Shown here in pieces: positions 49,737 through 58,149 of a stretch of DNA of 64,000 nucleotides. The first letter of the stretch is position 1. Every line of letters starts with the position of its first letter. The position numbers were made by a program, and so were the translations under genes. The notes below the pieces were generated by a model, which was not told where the DNA came from, did no database searches, and worked only from the letters and a program-made list of their open reading frames with translations. This DNA is from a virus, in the IMG/VR virus record IMGVR_UViG_3300015371_000011, positions 17,480 to 81,479 of that record; one strand, written 5' to 3'.

Positions 49737-50402
49737 CAGTGCATGGATTCCCGCTCTATAATCAGCGCATCTTCAGCCGCACGGGCGCGCCGCGCCAAGG
49801 CCAGTGCTTCGCGCCGATTAGAGGTAAACCCTGTTTGTGGATTGTATTTCTGCTCGGCCTCATCGCGTGCCTTTATCTCGGCCGCCATGCCGAGCAGCAT
49901 TACGTTATAGTCGAAGGCGAGCGCATCGTAGCCGTTGTCAAACGGCTCAGGCAGTAGGCTCGATGGCCTCTGGCCGTACCGGCGTGCCATCAAGTCCATT
50001 ATCTCCGGTCCCTGCCTGCTGGAAAAAAAAATTCTCAAGTTGCGACATTGCCATGCCGTATGAATACTTCATTATTTCGGTCGCCAGTACGTCAAGGTCG
50101 CTACCTAAATCAAGGTGGTAAATCTGGTCAGCTGGGCACTCGGACTCTTCGCCAAACCAGACTTTAGGGCTAATCGTGCCCTTGCTGATATAAAACCTAA
50201 GTGCCTTATTCTCGGCCTCAGGATCACTCTTGGCCTTCTCCATATACTGCGAGATGACGTCCTGCGTAGCCTCGGCCATCGGCAAGGCCAGTCCGCCTAG
50301 CTCAGACAGGAAGTCTTTGAAACGCACGCGGCGTATTGTGAATGTCTGCCCTGAGAAGGGCACCATGATTTCTTTGCTAAACTTGGTTTTGTCTATGTCC
50401 AT
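49736..50402 (-). CDS. tail assembly chaperone pair (G 49947-50402; T 49736-50038) linked by a T9 slippery tract
   Basis: GAG AAT TTT TTT TTC (50023-50031); overlapping downstream ORF directly before the tape measure. Confidence 0.75.
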
Positions 50403-51210
50403 TTACATCTCCCGCAGTAATGCCCAGCGCGTAGCAATAGGGCACGGTTACAATCGGCGGCATGGCACGCTTAAATACGCAATTCTCGCCGTCCAGCACC
50501 ACGCACGAGTCATAGCCGCGCTGATACAGCCACTGAACCACCATCGCGCGTGAATAACCGCGCAACTGCAAGCCAATATTCAACTCAACAATCAGCCACG
50601 GATCGAATCGTGCCAGTGTCTTTTCGGCGCCCTGCAGCACGTCGAAATCAAACGAGTCCACGTCGATTTTAAGCAGATCAAGTTTGTCTATCCCTTTGGC
50701 GTCCACGAATTCGTCCAGCGTGGTGAAATCATACTCCATCTCGTCAGGCACCAGCGGGTCGGCCCATAGCCGATACACTTTCTCCACCCTGCGGCCCGAC
50801 GTAGCGCCTAGCGCGATTCTCTCTATCTGGACATTGCGGCAGTTATTGTACGCCAGGTTTGTCTCCAGCATGTCGGCCGTAGACGTTGGCTCAATCGCCC
50901 ACACCTTGCCTTGCGGCGATAGCTGGCTGAATAAAATCGAGTAGTAGCCGATGTGCGCGCCACAGTCGATATATACCCAGTCATCAGCTTTCCATGTGAA
51001 TAGCGGACCACCCGCTATCTGCGTAAACCAGTAACGCGTCATCAACTCGCAGTTGGGATAATACGACTCAAACTCCTTGTAATACTCAGGCAGCACAATG
51101 TCCGCGCGGCCTGGTATATGGATGGAGAGATAGTCCGCTGATTGTGATAATTTAGCTGAAGCGGATCTCGACATCATCGTCCCCGGTCGTTTCGTAACAA
51201 CTGTACCCAA
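50377..51210 (-). CDS. FkbM-family methyltransferase
   Basis: IDCGAHIGYYS, AIEP, TTLDEF, LLKIDVDSFDFDVLQGA. Confidence 0.85.
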   Translation of the reverse strand: MGTVVTKRPGTMMSRSASAKLSQSADYLSIHIPGRADIVLPEYYKEFESYYPNCELMTRYWFTQIAGGPLFTWKADDWVYIDCGAHIGYYSILFSQLSPQGKVWAIEPTSTADMLETNLAYNNCRNVQIERIALGATSGRRVEKVYRLWADPLVPDEMEYDFTTLDEFVDAKGIDKLDLLKIDVDSFDFDVLQGAEKTLARFDPWLIVELNIGLQLRGYSRAMVVQWLYQRGYDSCVVLDGENCVFKRAMPPIVTVPYCYALGITAGDVNGHRQNQV

Positions 51211-52144
51211 CCCCGAACGTCGCCAATCCGCTCTTGTCTTGGCGCGCCAAAGTCTTGAATACGGCTTGCGACGCCACGATGCTAAAGCACTCGCCCTGTG
51301 CTACGCCCGCCTGCGCATACAGCAAAGCCCCTGAGCTTGAGCGCCATACATTAACCCAGTCAAAACTACCCGCGTTAGTCGCTTCAGGATCGACACTACC
51401 ACCCGGTTGCCGCTCCGTAATGAGACACTTGATGATACCGCTACCCGACAACGCGTTAGATGCGCGCTGCTCGAAGATACGGTTGCCCGTATTCAAATTG
51501 AGATTTTCAATGACGGCGGTTAGAGATTGCACAAACACGCTACCACTACCTACCCAGCGTGCAGGCGTAGCCGTGGGCAAGCCGACTGGCGTACCGCGTA
51601 CCGTGCTGGCCTCGGTTGAGAGTTGGCCTCTAAAATTGAATTCGGCAATAAACGGCGTTGCCGCCACACCCACGAAATTCACATTGCCCATTGCGCCGAC
51701 GATTCGGTGCTCGTAACCGTCAATGTGCGCCACGAATGTCTGACTGCATTGGCTTTGCACGCGGGATAACGGCTTATATGAATACCCTGGCCGTCCATTA
51801 CCAGGCATGGATGTTACAAAGGTCTCTGACATGCCGCAGGCGCGTAGTAAGCCGCCTAAAGGCGGTTTTACCGTGGCGCTATATGAGCCGTTGACGCCCT
51901 GCACGAATGTCTTGAATGAAATGCCGACGGGCCGCACAGTGCCGAATGGCCGGCTAAAGCCCAGCGTACTTAAGCCACCCGTTTGTTCTAGTACTTCTTG
52001 ACCTAAGTCTAATGCGAATGGCTCAATCATTCTTATAGCCTGATACGAATTGGCTTCTTGCGGCGCGGCATCAATACCATAAGAAGATTCTACAGCGGAT
52101 AATAAACACTGACGGCGGTTTAATGCGACATCTAAGCCGGGCAT
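51152..52144 (-). CDS. major tail tube protein
   Basis: VESSYGIDAAP, LLRACGMSET; position between terminator and chaperones. Confidence 0.75.
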   Translation of the reverse strand: MPGLDVALNRRQCLLSAVESSYGIDAAPQEANSYQAIRMIEPFALDLGQEVLEQTGGLSTLGFSRPFGTVRPVGISFKTFVQGVNGSYSATVKPPLGGLLRACGMSETFVTSMPGNGRPGYSYKPLSRVQSQCSQTFVAHIDGYEHRIVGAMGNVNFVGVAATPFIAEFNFRGQLSTEASTVRGTPVGLPTATPARWVGSGSVFVQSLTAVIENLNLNTGNRIFEQRASNALSGSGIIKCLITERQPGGSVDPEATNAGSFDWVNVWRSSSGALLYAQAGVAQGECFSIVASQAVFKTLARQDKSGLATFGVGYSCYETTGDDDVEIRFS

Positions 52145-52148
52145 AGGC

Positions 52149-53000
52149 GTGGACCTACCTTTCTTTTTGTGCTACAGATGCTTCATGCCAAAAGGAACAG
52201 ATTTGACGAGTGATCAAAGACTTGAAATCGTCAAACTTTACCAAAGTGGCACGCCCGTTAAGGACATCATTCATCAACTGAATTTGCACGTTAATACCAT
52301 TTACAGACAGCTTCGTCGGGCAAACATTCATGGAGCACAGCAACATCCAAAACCATTTGATGCAGCTATTTTTGACCCTGCACAAGAATCAGGTGCATAC
52401 TGGATTGGATTTTTCACGGCCGATGGGCACATTGATAAAAGCGGACAATTCCGATTAAAGCTAAGCCTCAACGACATTGAACATCTCCAAGCCTTTGTAA
52501 AATTTATCGGTATAGATCGAAAAATAGATACTGGAGTGTCGCCCGCACGACCTGGATTCTGTGCTGAAACTTCGTATTGTCGAATTTGGTTTAGCAACCA
52601 CGCGTTGAAAGACGCGTTTTTCTCTCTTGGAATCGCGCGACTCAAGACCGATAGAAACCCTGTTAGAATGCTCGCTGAAAACCGCCACTTCTGGCGTGGC
52701 GTTATTGATGCCGACGGTTGGCTTGGAGATACTGGACCGACTGCGCCTCGAATAACTTTGACGAGCACCGAGACAATTTGTAATGGGTTGCTTACCTTTG
52801 CCGAAAGTCATTTTACCGAATTGAAATCGCTCACACGGTTTAAAGGCACTGGCGCCTATCAGGTTGGACAGAAACAAAACCACCGAGTCGAGTTTGTGTT
52901 GCAGAAAGCCCATAAGCTAATTGACGTCCTTTATGCCGATTCCCACGTTTACCTACCCCGTAAGAAACTCATTGCCGACCGAATACTTGCTGCAAAATAG
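52149..53000 (+). CDS. free-standing LAGLIDADG homing endonuclease with N-terminal HTH
   Basis: YWIGFFTADG and FWRGVIDADG, LPRK. Confidence 0.9.
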   Translation: MDLPFFLCYRCFMPKGTDLTSDQRLEIVKLYQSGTPVKDIIHQLNLHVNTIYRQLRRANIHGAQQHPKPFDAAIFDPAQESGAYWIGFFTADGHIDKSGQFRLKLSLNDIEHLQAFVKFIGIDRKIDTGVSPARPGFCAETSYCRIWFSNHALKDAFFSLGIARLKTDRNPVRMLAENRHFWRGVIDADGWLGDTGPTAPRITLTSTETICNGLLTFAESHFTELKSLTRFKGTGAYQVGQKQNHRVEFVLQKAHKLIDVLYADSHVYLPRKKLIADRILAAK

Positions 53001-53018
53001 CACAAAGCTGAAAAATAG

Positions 53019-53486
53019 TCATTTACCAATACCGCTATAAATCACATATTCCGCCGTGATTGAGTGATAGCCCACATAGCCGTTATCCGACTCAGGACGG
53101 CGCACAGTCCAGATGACGCCCGCCTGCCCTAGCCCTACGCCCGTACCCAAGTCCGTCCAGTCGCGCACGAAATCGAGCAGGTGGCCGCCTAAGAAAAATA
53201 GCGCCTCATCCATGCGCTGCTTCGACTCGGCGTCATAGATCCACAATGTGAAAACCACCCGCGCCGTCAATGCCCGTGTCTGCAGGCTGTACGCGCCAGA
53301 GCCGCGCGCCAAGTCCTCCCACGGCGACTCGACGTAATATTCAATGGCGGGCATGGCGCTCATCGGTATTGGGTCGTCGGTGTCGTAAATAATGTTTTTC
53401 ACATCGGCAAAGCGCTCATCGTTGCGCAGCTTCTCGCCGATGGGGACTAAGAGCAGTTCATACACATTTATAGTGGGTTGATTCAC
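53019..53486 (-). CDS. tail terminator/completion protein
   Basis: size and synteny. Confidence 0.6.
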   Translation of the reverse strand: MNQPTINVYELLLVPIGEKLRNDERFADVKNIIYDTDDPIPMSAMPAIEYYVESPWEDLARGSGAYSLQTRALTARVVFTLWIYDAESKQRMDEALFFLGGHLLDFVRDWTDLGTGVGLGQAGVIWTVRRPESDNGYVGYHSITAEYVIYSGIGK

Positions 53487-54100
53487 GCCGCCTCACGTCC
53501 TTGCAGGTAAATCAGCCCAGCCCTCAGTAAATCACGCATCAGTATCGGATCATTCTGTGTCGGCAACATGCGACGCCGCGGCACTCCAGGATGGTGGACA
53601 ACCTGCGCATGCACGTAATCGCCCTTCACCTTGATCATTTCGAGCACACGGCCTGACTTTAGCAGCTTTGTTTTCACGCCCTGCGATACGGCCACCTTGA
53701 ATGCCAATGTGCCGCCCGGCTTGGCGTGAATCTCATACGGCCCGGTGCCTAGCTCGTGATAGACGGCATATTGCAGGCCGCTGCCCACGCTCGCCTGCAC
53801 AGAATTCCAGCGCGGTATGAAGGAGCCGCGTAAGCGCCCTGTGTCCATTAGCGGCTTGCCTGTGCCGCTACGGCGATTGGCCAGCGTATTAGGACTAAGT
53901 GGTTTCCAGCCGCCGACCATGCCGCCTTCGGTAGTGAAATTCTTGTTGATCCAATTCAATGCGAGTATGGCCCAGCGTGCGTGCAGGTCGGTACGCGTTT
54001 GAATCTTGCGCGTGAGCCGCTCCATGATGCGCTGCATATCGCGCATGCCGCGTAATTCGACTTTAAGGCTAATGTCGTTTGCCAAGGACATACTCCCCAA
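53483..54100 (-). CDS. virion morphogenesis protein (Mu gpG-like tail completion)
   Basis: WKPLSPNT..R..LMDTGRLRGS..VGS..YAVYHELG..P.R. Confidence 0.85.
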   Translation of the reverse strand: MGSMSLANDISLKVELRGMRDMQRIMERLTRKIQTRTDLHARWAILALNWINKNFTTEGGMVGGWKPLSPNTLANRRSGTGKPLMDTGRLRGSFIPRWNSVQASVGSGLQYAVYHELGTGPYEIHAKPGGTLAFKVAVSQGVKTKLLKSGRVLEMIKVKGDYVHAQVVHHPGVPRRRMLPTQNDPILMRDLLRAGLIYLQGREAA

Positions 54101-54275
54101 TACGAAAAGCCATTACAGAAAGCGGCACATCAAATTTATCAGCTAATTGTCGCAGTCCTTTATCGTCAGCTAAATCTGGTAAGAATTTTTCCCGCGCAAG
54201 AAATTCATCAGGCACAAGCAAATGCATGGCAAAATAATTTGCTTCGACGTTTTTAGGGTCTATCTTGTTAGGCAT
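54069..54275 (-). CDS. ImmA/IrrE-like C-terminal fragment
   Basis: EANYFAMHLLVP..LADKFDV; no HExxH. Confidence 0.6.
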   Translation of the reverse strand: MPNKIDPKNVEANYFAMHLLVPDEFLAREKFLPDLADDKGLRQLADKFDVPLSVMAFRIGEYVLGKRH

Positions 54276-54815
54276 TTAGTGTTTACCTGCCAACCATTCC
54301 GCATAATCAAGACCAGTTTTAGTCAACGTATCGCCTGTTAAATATGAGCCATCGGGACTCGTTAAACGCCGCTCGCCGCCTTGTGATGTGACAACTTTGG
54401 CACCTTTGCCCACTAACTCTTCAATAATTGCGCTTCGTTTTGCCACGCCGCCATGCCAACCAAGATTTTTATCTAGTGCTGCTCTCATTTTACCTGCATT
54501 CATTGGCGACATGGTTTTCAAAAAATCATCGGCTTGTGTCTTGGTCGGCACTGGCTGATTTTCTCTGTTTCTTTTGTCACGTAGGCGCTGCTGGACATTG
54601 CGCCTATCGCCTTCTATCCAGTAAGGGTTATTCATGCGTTGTCCTTGCGGGACTTGTTTCATTGCGTTGTATAAATCTTCATCCGACATATCGCGCGGGC
54701 TATGCTCGCCCGTTGGACTACACGAATTATCTATTCCGCCGCCTTCGCCAGTAGGACAGAAAGCATGATCCTTCAGGCTGGCATATTCGTTGGCAAAGAA
54801 TCTAAGTAAACTCAT
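54276..54815 (-). CDS. hypothetical protein with N-terminal AFCPTGEGGGIDNSCSPTGE tag
   Basis: ATGA-coupled start at 54815; motif at 54705-54764. Confidence 0.7.
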   Translation of the reverse strand: MSLLRFFANEYASLKDHAFCPTGEGGGIDNSCSPTGEHSPRDMSDEDLYNAMKQVPQGQRMNNPYWIEGDRRNVQQRLRDKRNRENQPVPTKTQADDFLKTMSPMNAGKMRAALDKNLGWHGGVAKRSAIIEELVGKGAKVVTSQGGERRLTSPDGSYLTGDTLTKTGLDYAEWLAGKH

Positions 54816-55639
54816 CGTGGCCAATCCCACCATCCGCTGCCGTCCAAATCCGCCTCGATAATATTCCAATCCGTGTGCTGCAGCGGGAAAGGCAGTTTGT
54901 TAAACGTCGCCCTGCCACCCGAATCATCCAGCCCACCTGTAAATGCTGAAATCTTGCCCATGTTGATAGCCGTACCGTCCACGGTAATCTCGCCCGCACC
55001 CACGGCCGTCATGTACGCCATGAAATTGTCGTAGAGTTTCTGAAAGCTAGGCGGTATCTCGCCTTTCTCGGTCGCGCCGAAAGTGCCGAATAGCGTGTAA
55101 ATCGCCATTATCTCTTCGCCCTGCGCGATGTAATTCGTCGGCGGCGAGAATGGTACCGTGGTTATATGGCCAAGGCGTGCATTGATCTGATCGTAGGCGG
55201 CGAGCATGTGCGGCGCCACGTCGTGCTCGGTTAGATCGCCGCGGCCAATGAGCTGGCGTGCCACGCGCATGACGATGCCCTTATTGCCATAGCTGTAGAA
55301 ACTCACTGGCTCGGTCTGCACGATTTCAAACATTTCGCGCTCGCGCACGAATAATGATGACTGCGCGGTGCCTGAGCCGTAGGCCAGCCACTCCGACATA
55401 TAGAAACCACGGCTAGACGGCAGTTGGCGAAATATGAAGAAATTGCCGCCTTGAATGCTGCCGCCGCTGATGGTCACCGACACGCCACTTTCAACGCCCG
55501 TCGGCACAAGCAGCGAGCCGTCGGTATTGTAGAGATTGAAGCAAACGCAGCTCGGTACGCTTACCGTGTCGCGGTACGTGAATTGGCGCAGGTCGCCCGC
55601 CTCGAACCGCTGGATGTTTTGGGATAGGTCTATTGGCAT
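54812..55639 (-). CDS. head-tail adaptor-like protein
   Basis: AYDQINARL..TVPF pattern; synteny. Confidence 0.55.
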   Translation of the reverse strand: MPIDLSQNIQRFEAGDLRQFTYRDTVSVPSCVCFNLYNTDGSLLVPTGVESGVSVTISGGSIQGGNFFIFRQLPSSRGFYMSEWLAYGSGTAQSSLFVREREMFEIVQTEPVSFYSYGNKGIVMRVARQLIGRGDLTEHDVAPHMLAAYDQINARLGHITTVPFSPPTNYIAQGEEIMAIYTLFGTFGATEKGEIPPSFQKLYDNFMAYMTAVGAGEITVDGTAINMGKISAFTGGLDDSGGRATFNKLPFPLQHTDWNIIEADLDGSGWWDWPR

Positions 55640-55667
55640 ACCAAAATCCCTTTATATTTCAAGCTAC

Positions 55668-55696
55668 TTGACATTGAAATTCGAGTATGATATGAT
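55668..55696 (+). promoter_or_regulatory. sigma70 promoter of moron
   Basis: TTGACA-N17-TATGAT; AAGGAGGTG SD downstream. Confidence 0.8.
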
Positions 55697-55722
55697 ATAT
55701 AGGCAGAAAGGAGGTGATATAT

Positions 55723-55959
55723 ATGAGTATTCCTAAGACGGTTAAGCGCGGAGATATGGTACGCGTTAATAGCCGCCAAGACATACCGTACAACGCGACG
55801 GTGTTGCCTCCGTGTGAAAGCAAGAACAACGGCCATTGGGCTTGCGTAACTCACACGGAGGACTTCGCCAACAACATGATGAAAGACGGTCATCTTGAAA
55901 CTCGTGGCAAGCATCTGCTTGTTTGGATGTGCCATGAGCACGGCCCAGAGGAGCCGTAA
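55723..55959 (+). CDS. moron: 78-aa Cys/His-rich protein
   Basis: own promoter, SD and terminator; opposite strand. Confidence 0.75.
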   Translation: MSIPKTVKRGDMVRVNSRQDIPYNATVLPPCESKNNGHWACVTHTEDFANNMMKDGHLETRGKHLLVWMCHEHGPEEP

Positions 55960-55968
55960 GCCCGCGCG

Positions 55969-55998
55969 GGCGGGGTCAGAAATGGCCCCGCCTTTTTT
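55969..55998 (+). terminator. rho-independent terminator
   Basis: GGCGGGGTCA-GAAA-TGGCCCCGCC-TTTTTT. Confidence 0.85.
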
Positions 55999-58144
55999 AC
56001 TCCACGTCACTATCACTATCGCCCCGCTTATTCATATTCGTCCTGCTGCTGTGCGCCTCTATATGGCTAGAGCGCGGCTTGGTTGAATGCGATGTGCGCC
56101 TCAGTCCCGCACCGCCTCTGAAAAAGCCCGTCACGCGCTGCCATGCCAGATGCATGGACGTGCCTTTAGTGCTTTCACTCCTGAAGATACTCGGTATCAG
56201 CGTTACCGCAACGGCTAGCGTGCGATAAAGGCTCATTAGCTTACTCAGTGACGGCGTTAATAGCACAGCGCCAGCCAGGAGCACGCTTAGCGCCTTGCCC
56301 AACGTGAGCGCAACCGTGGCCATTGTGGCGGCGGCGAGTAACTTGAATCGCCCTTTGACGATTGCCGCAGCCAGGATAGCCTGAGCCGCCACGGTACGAC
56401 TAAAGGCAAGCATGCGCGAAATGGCAGGTATCAATAATGCCTCTGCCGCCATGCGCTGCGTGAATGTATTGATTGTGGTAATGGATGCCGCAGCACTCAT
56501 GGCGGCGGCCACAAGCTGGCGAAAAATGTACTGCCGTAGCCGAATTGCCGCTGTGAGGCTTGCCACAGCCGCCATAGCCTGCGAGTAAATCTGCGACGTG
56601 CCACTGGTAATCGTACGGCTGATAGCGCCTGCGGCTATGGTAATGGCACTTAGGATCTTGCCGATAAACCTGGATTGGCTTGCCGTAGCGATTGTGCCTG
56701 CGCTGAGCGTGCGTGCGTACGTAGCTATGCGGACAAGGCCTGCAGCTTCGATGGTGCTTGCCGCCAGCGTCAGCATCCTGAATAGCCCTATGCCGAAAGC
56801 CGCCGTCTCTACGATTTGCGCCGCTAGGTTCTTGCCTATGCCGCGTGCAATGGCCGGTGTGGCAATCAGGCTTGCCGCTATCGCCTGCAGGTAGAGTTGC
56901 GCCACGCTGCTGACGCGCGTCATGTTGGCCTTGGCTACGGTGATAGCGGCTAAGGCTTGCGAGTACATCTGAGCGCCAGCCGTAAGCGCCCGCGAGATTG
57001 CCGCTGTGGCAATGGTGGCAGCACTCACAATCTTGCCGATAAACCTCGACATGCCAGTCGTGGCAATCGTCGCCGCATTTAGTGTGCGTGCGTATGTGCC
57101 TATGCGGGTTAAGGCAGCCGTTTCGATAATGGCAGCGGCTAATTGATTGCTCATCCCCTTGATAATTGCTGCCGTCTCAATATACGTCGCGGCCATTGAT
57201 TTGCTCGTGACTCTGACAAACCGCACCTCGGCAATCATAACGGCTGCAATTGCCTGCAAGTAAAGCTGCGTAGCGCTCGTAATGCGCGTCATGGCGACTT
57301 TGGCAATCGTCGCTGCGCTTAGAATCTTGCCGATAAAGAATGAAAAGCGTGGCGTGCCGATAATGTTGGCCGCAAGCGTACGGGCGTAGGTGCCAATTCT
57401 CGATAATCCTGCTGTCTCGATTGCCGTTGCCGCTAGGGTGCACGACAAGCTACGGACAAACGATATAGCTGGCGTTTCTATAATAACTACTGCAAGGTTC
57501 TTACCCGTGAGCCGAGCAACGTTGGCAAACTCTACCGCCTTTGCCGAAAGCGTCATGAAGAAACTATTTTGCCGTGATATTGCCGCAAACATGATCGTAC
57601 TAGCCGCTAAGGATTGTTGAAAGAGTTGCGCAACGCTCGACACACGCGTCATAGCGGCCTTTGCTATCGTCCCGGCCGCTAGCAACCGATTTAGAGCACC
57701 CTGCCGAACCAGTGCGGTTGTGGCGATAGCACTGCCCGCCAGCGTTCTCAAGAATGTGTTTTGCCGCGAAAATGCCGCCTGCATGACGCCTGTGGCCGCC
57801 AGCGGCTGCTGGATAAGTTGCGGCCCGGCTGGTGCTCCGCTCACCGCGCCCCAACGCCCCAAAGCAATCGGCGGCCAATGCCTGCCGCCTATAATAATCG
57901 TTATGACGCTTGATACTTTGCCAATAAAAGATGCTTGTATGGTTGTCGCGGCTAACCGTAGGTATAGCCCCTTTGCTATTGCCGGCGCAGCGATCAGTTT
58001 GGCCCCTACATCGTTGAAGTAGCCAGTTCGTGACATCCTGGCCTTTATCACAGACGTAGCCGCTAGCGGCTGCTGAATAAATTGCGGCCCTGGCGCTGCT
58101 CCGGCTGATGGTACGGCGTTCGGGAATAGTAATAACAGGCTCAA
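55997..58144 (-). CDS. Ala/Ile/Thr-rich ~20-aa repeat protein (fibre/scaffold-like)
   Basis: recurrent L.A..I.TA...R units across 715 aa. Confidence 0.7.
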   Translation of the reverse strand: MSLLLLFPNAVPSAGAAPGPQFIQQPLAATSVIKARMSRTGYFNDVGAKLIAAPAIAKGLYLRLAATTIQASFIGKVSSVITIIIGGRHWPPIALGRWGAVSGAPAGPQLIQQPLAATGVMQAAFSRQNTFLRTLAGSAIATTALVRQGALNRLLAAGTIAKAAMTRVSSVAQLFQQSLAASTIMFAAISRQNSFFMTLSAKAVEFANVARLTGKNLAVVIIETPAISFVRSLSCTLAATAIETAGLSRIGTYARTLAANIIGTPRFSFFIGKILSAATIAKVAMTRITSATQLYLQAIAAVMIAEVRFVRVTSKSMAATYIETAAIIKGMSNQLAAAIIETAALTRIGTYARTLNAATIATTGMSRFIGKIVSAATIATAAISRALTAGAQMYSQALAAITVAKANMTRVSSVAQLYLQAIAASLIATPAIARGIGKNLAAQIVETAAFGIGLFRMLTLAASTIEAAGLVRIATYARTLSAGTIATASQSRFIGKILSAITIAAGAISRTITSGTSQIYSQAMAAVASLTAAIRLRQYIFRQLVAAAMSAAASITTINTFTQRMAAEALLIPAISRMLAFSRTVAAQAILAAAIVKGRFKLLAAATMATVALTLGKALSVLLAGAVLLTPSLSKLMSLYRTLAVAVTLIPSIFRSESTKGTSMHLAWQRVTGFFRGGAGLRRTSHSTKPRSSHIEAHSSRTNMNKRGDSDSDVE

Positions 58145-58149
58145 TCAAC

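Noticed and set aside
54069-54275. Functional ImmA anti-repressor protease
   Set aside because: It lacks the HExxH half of the domain
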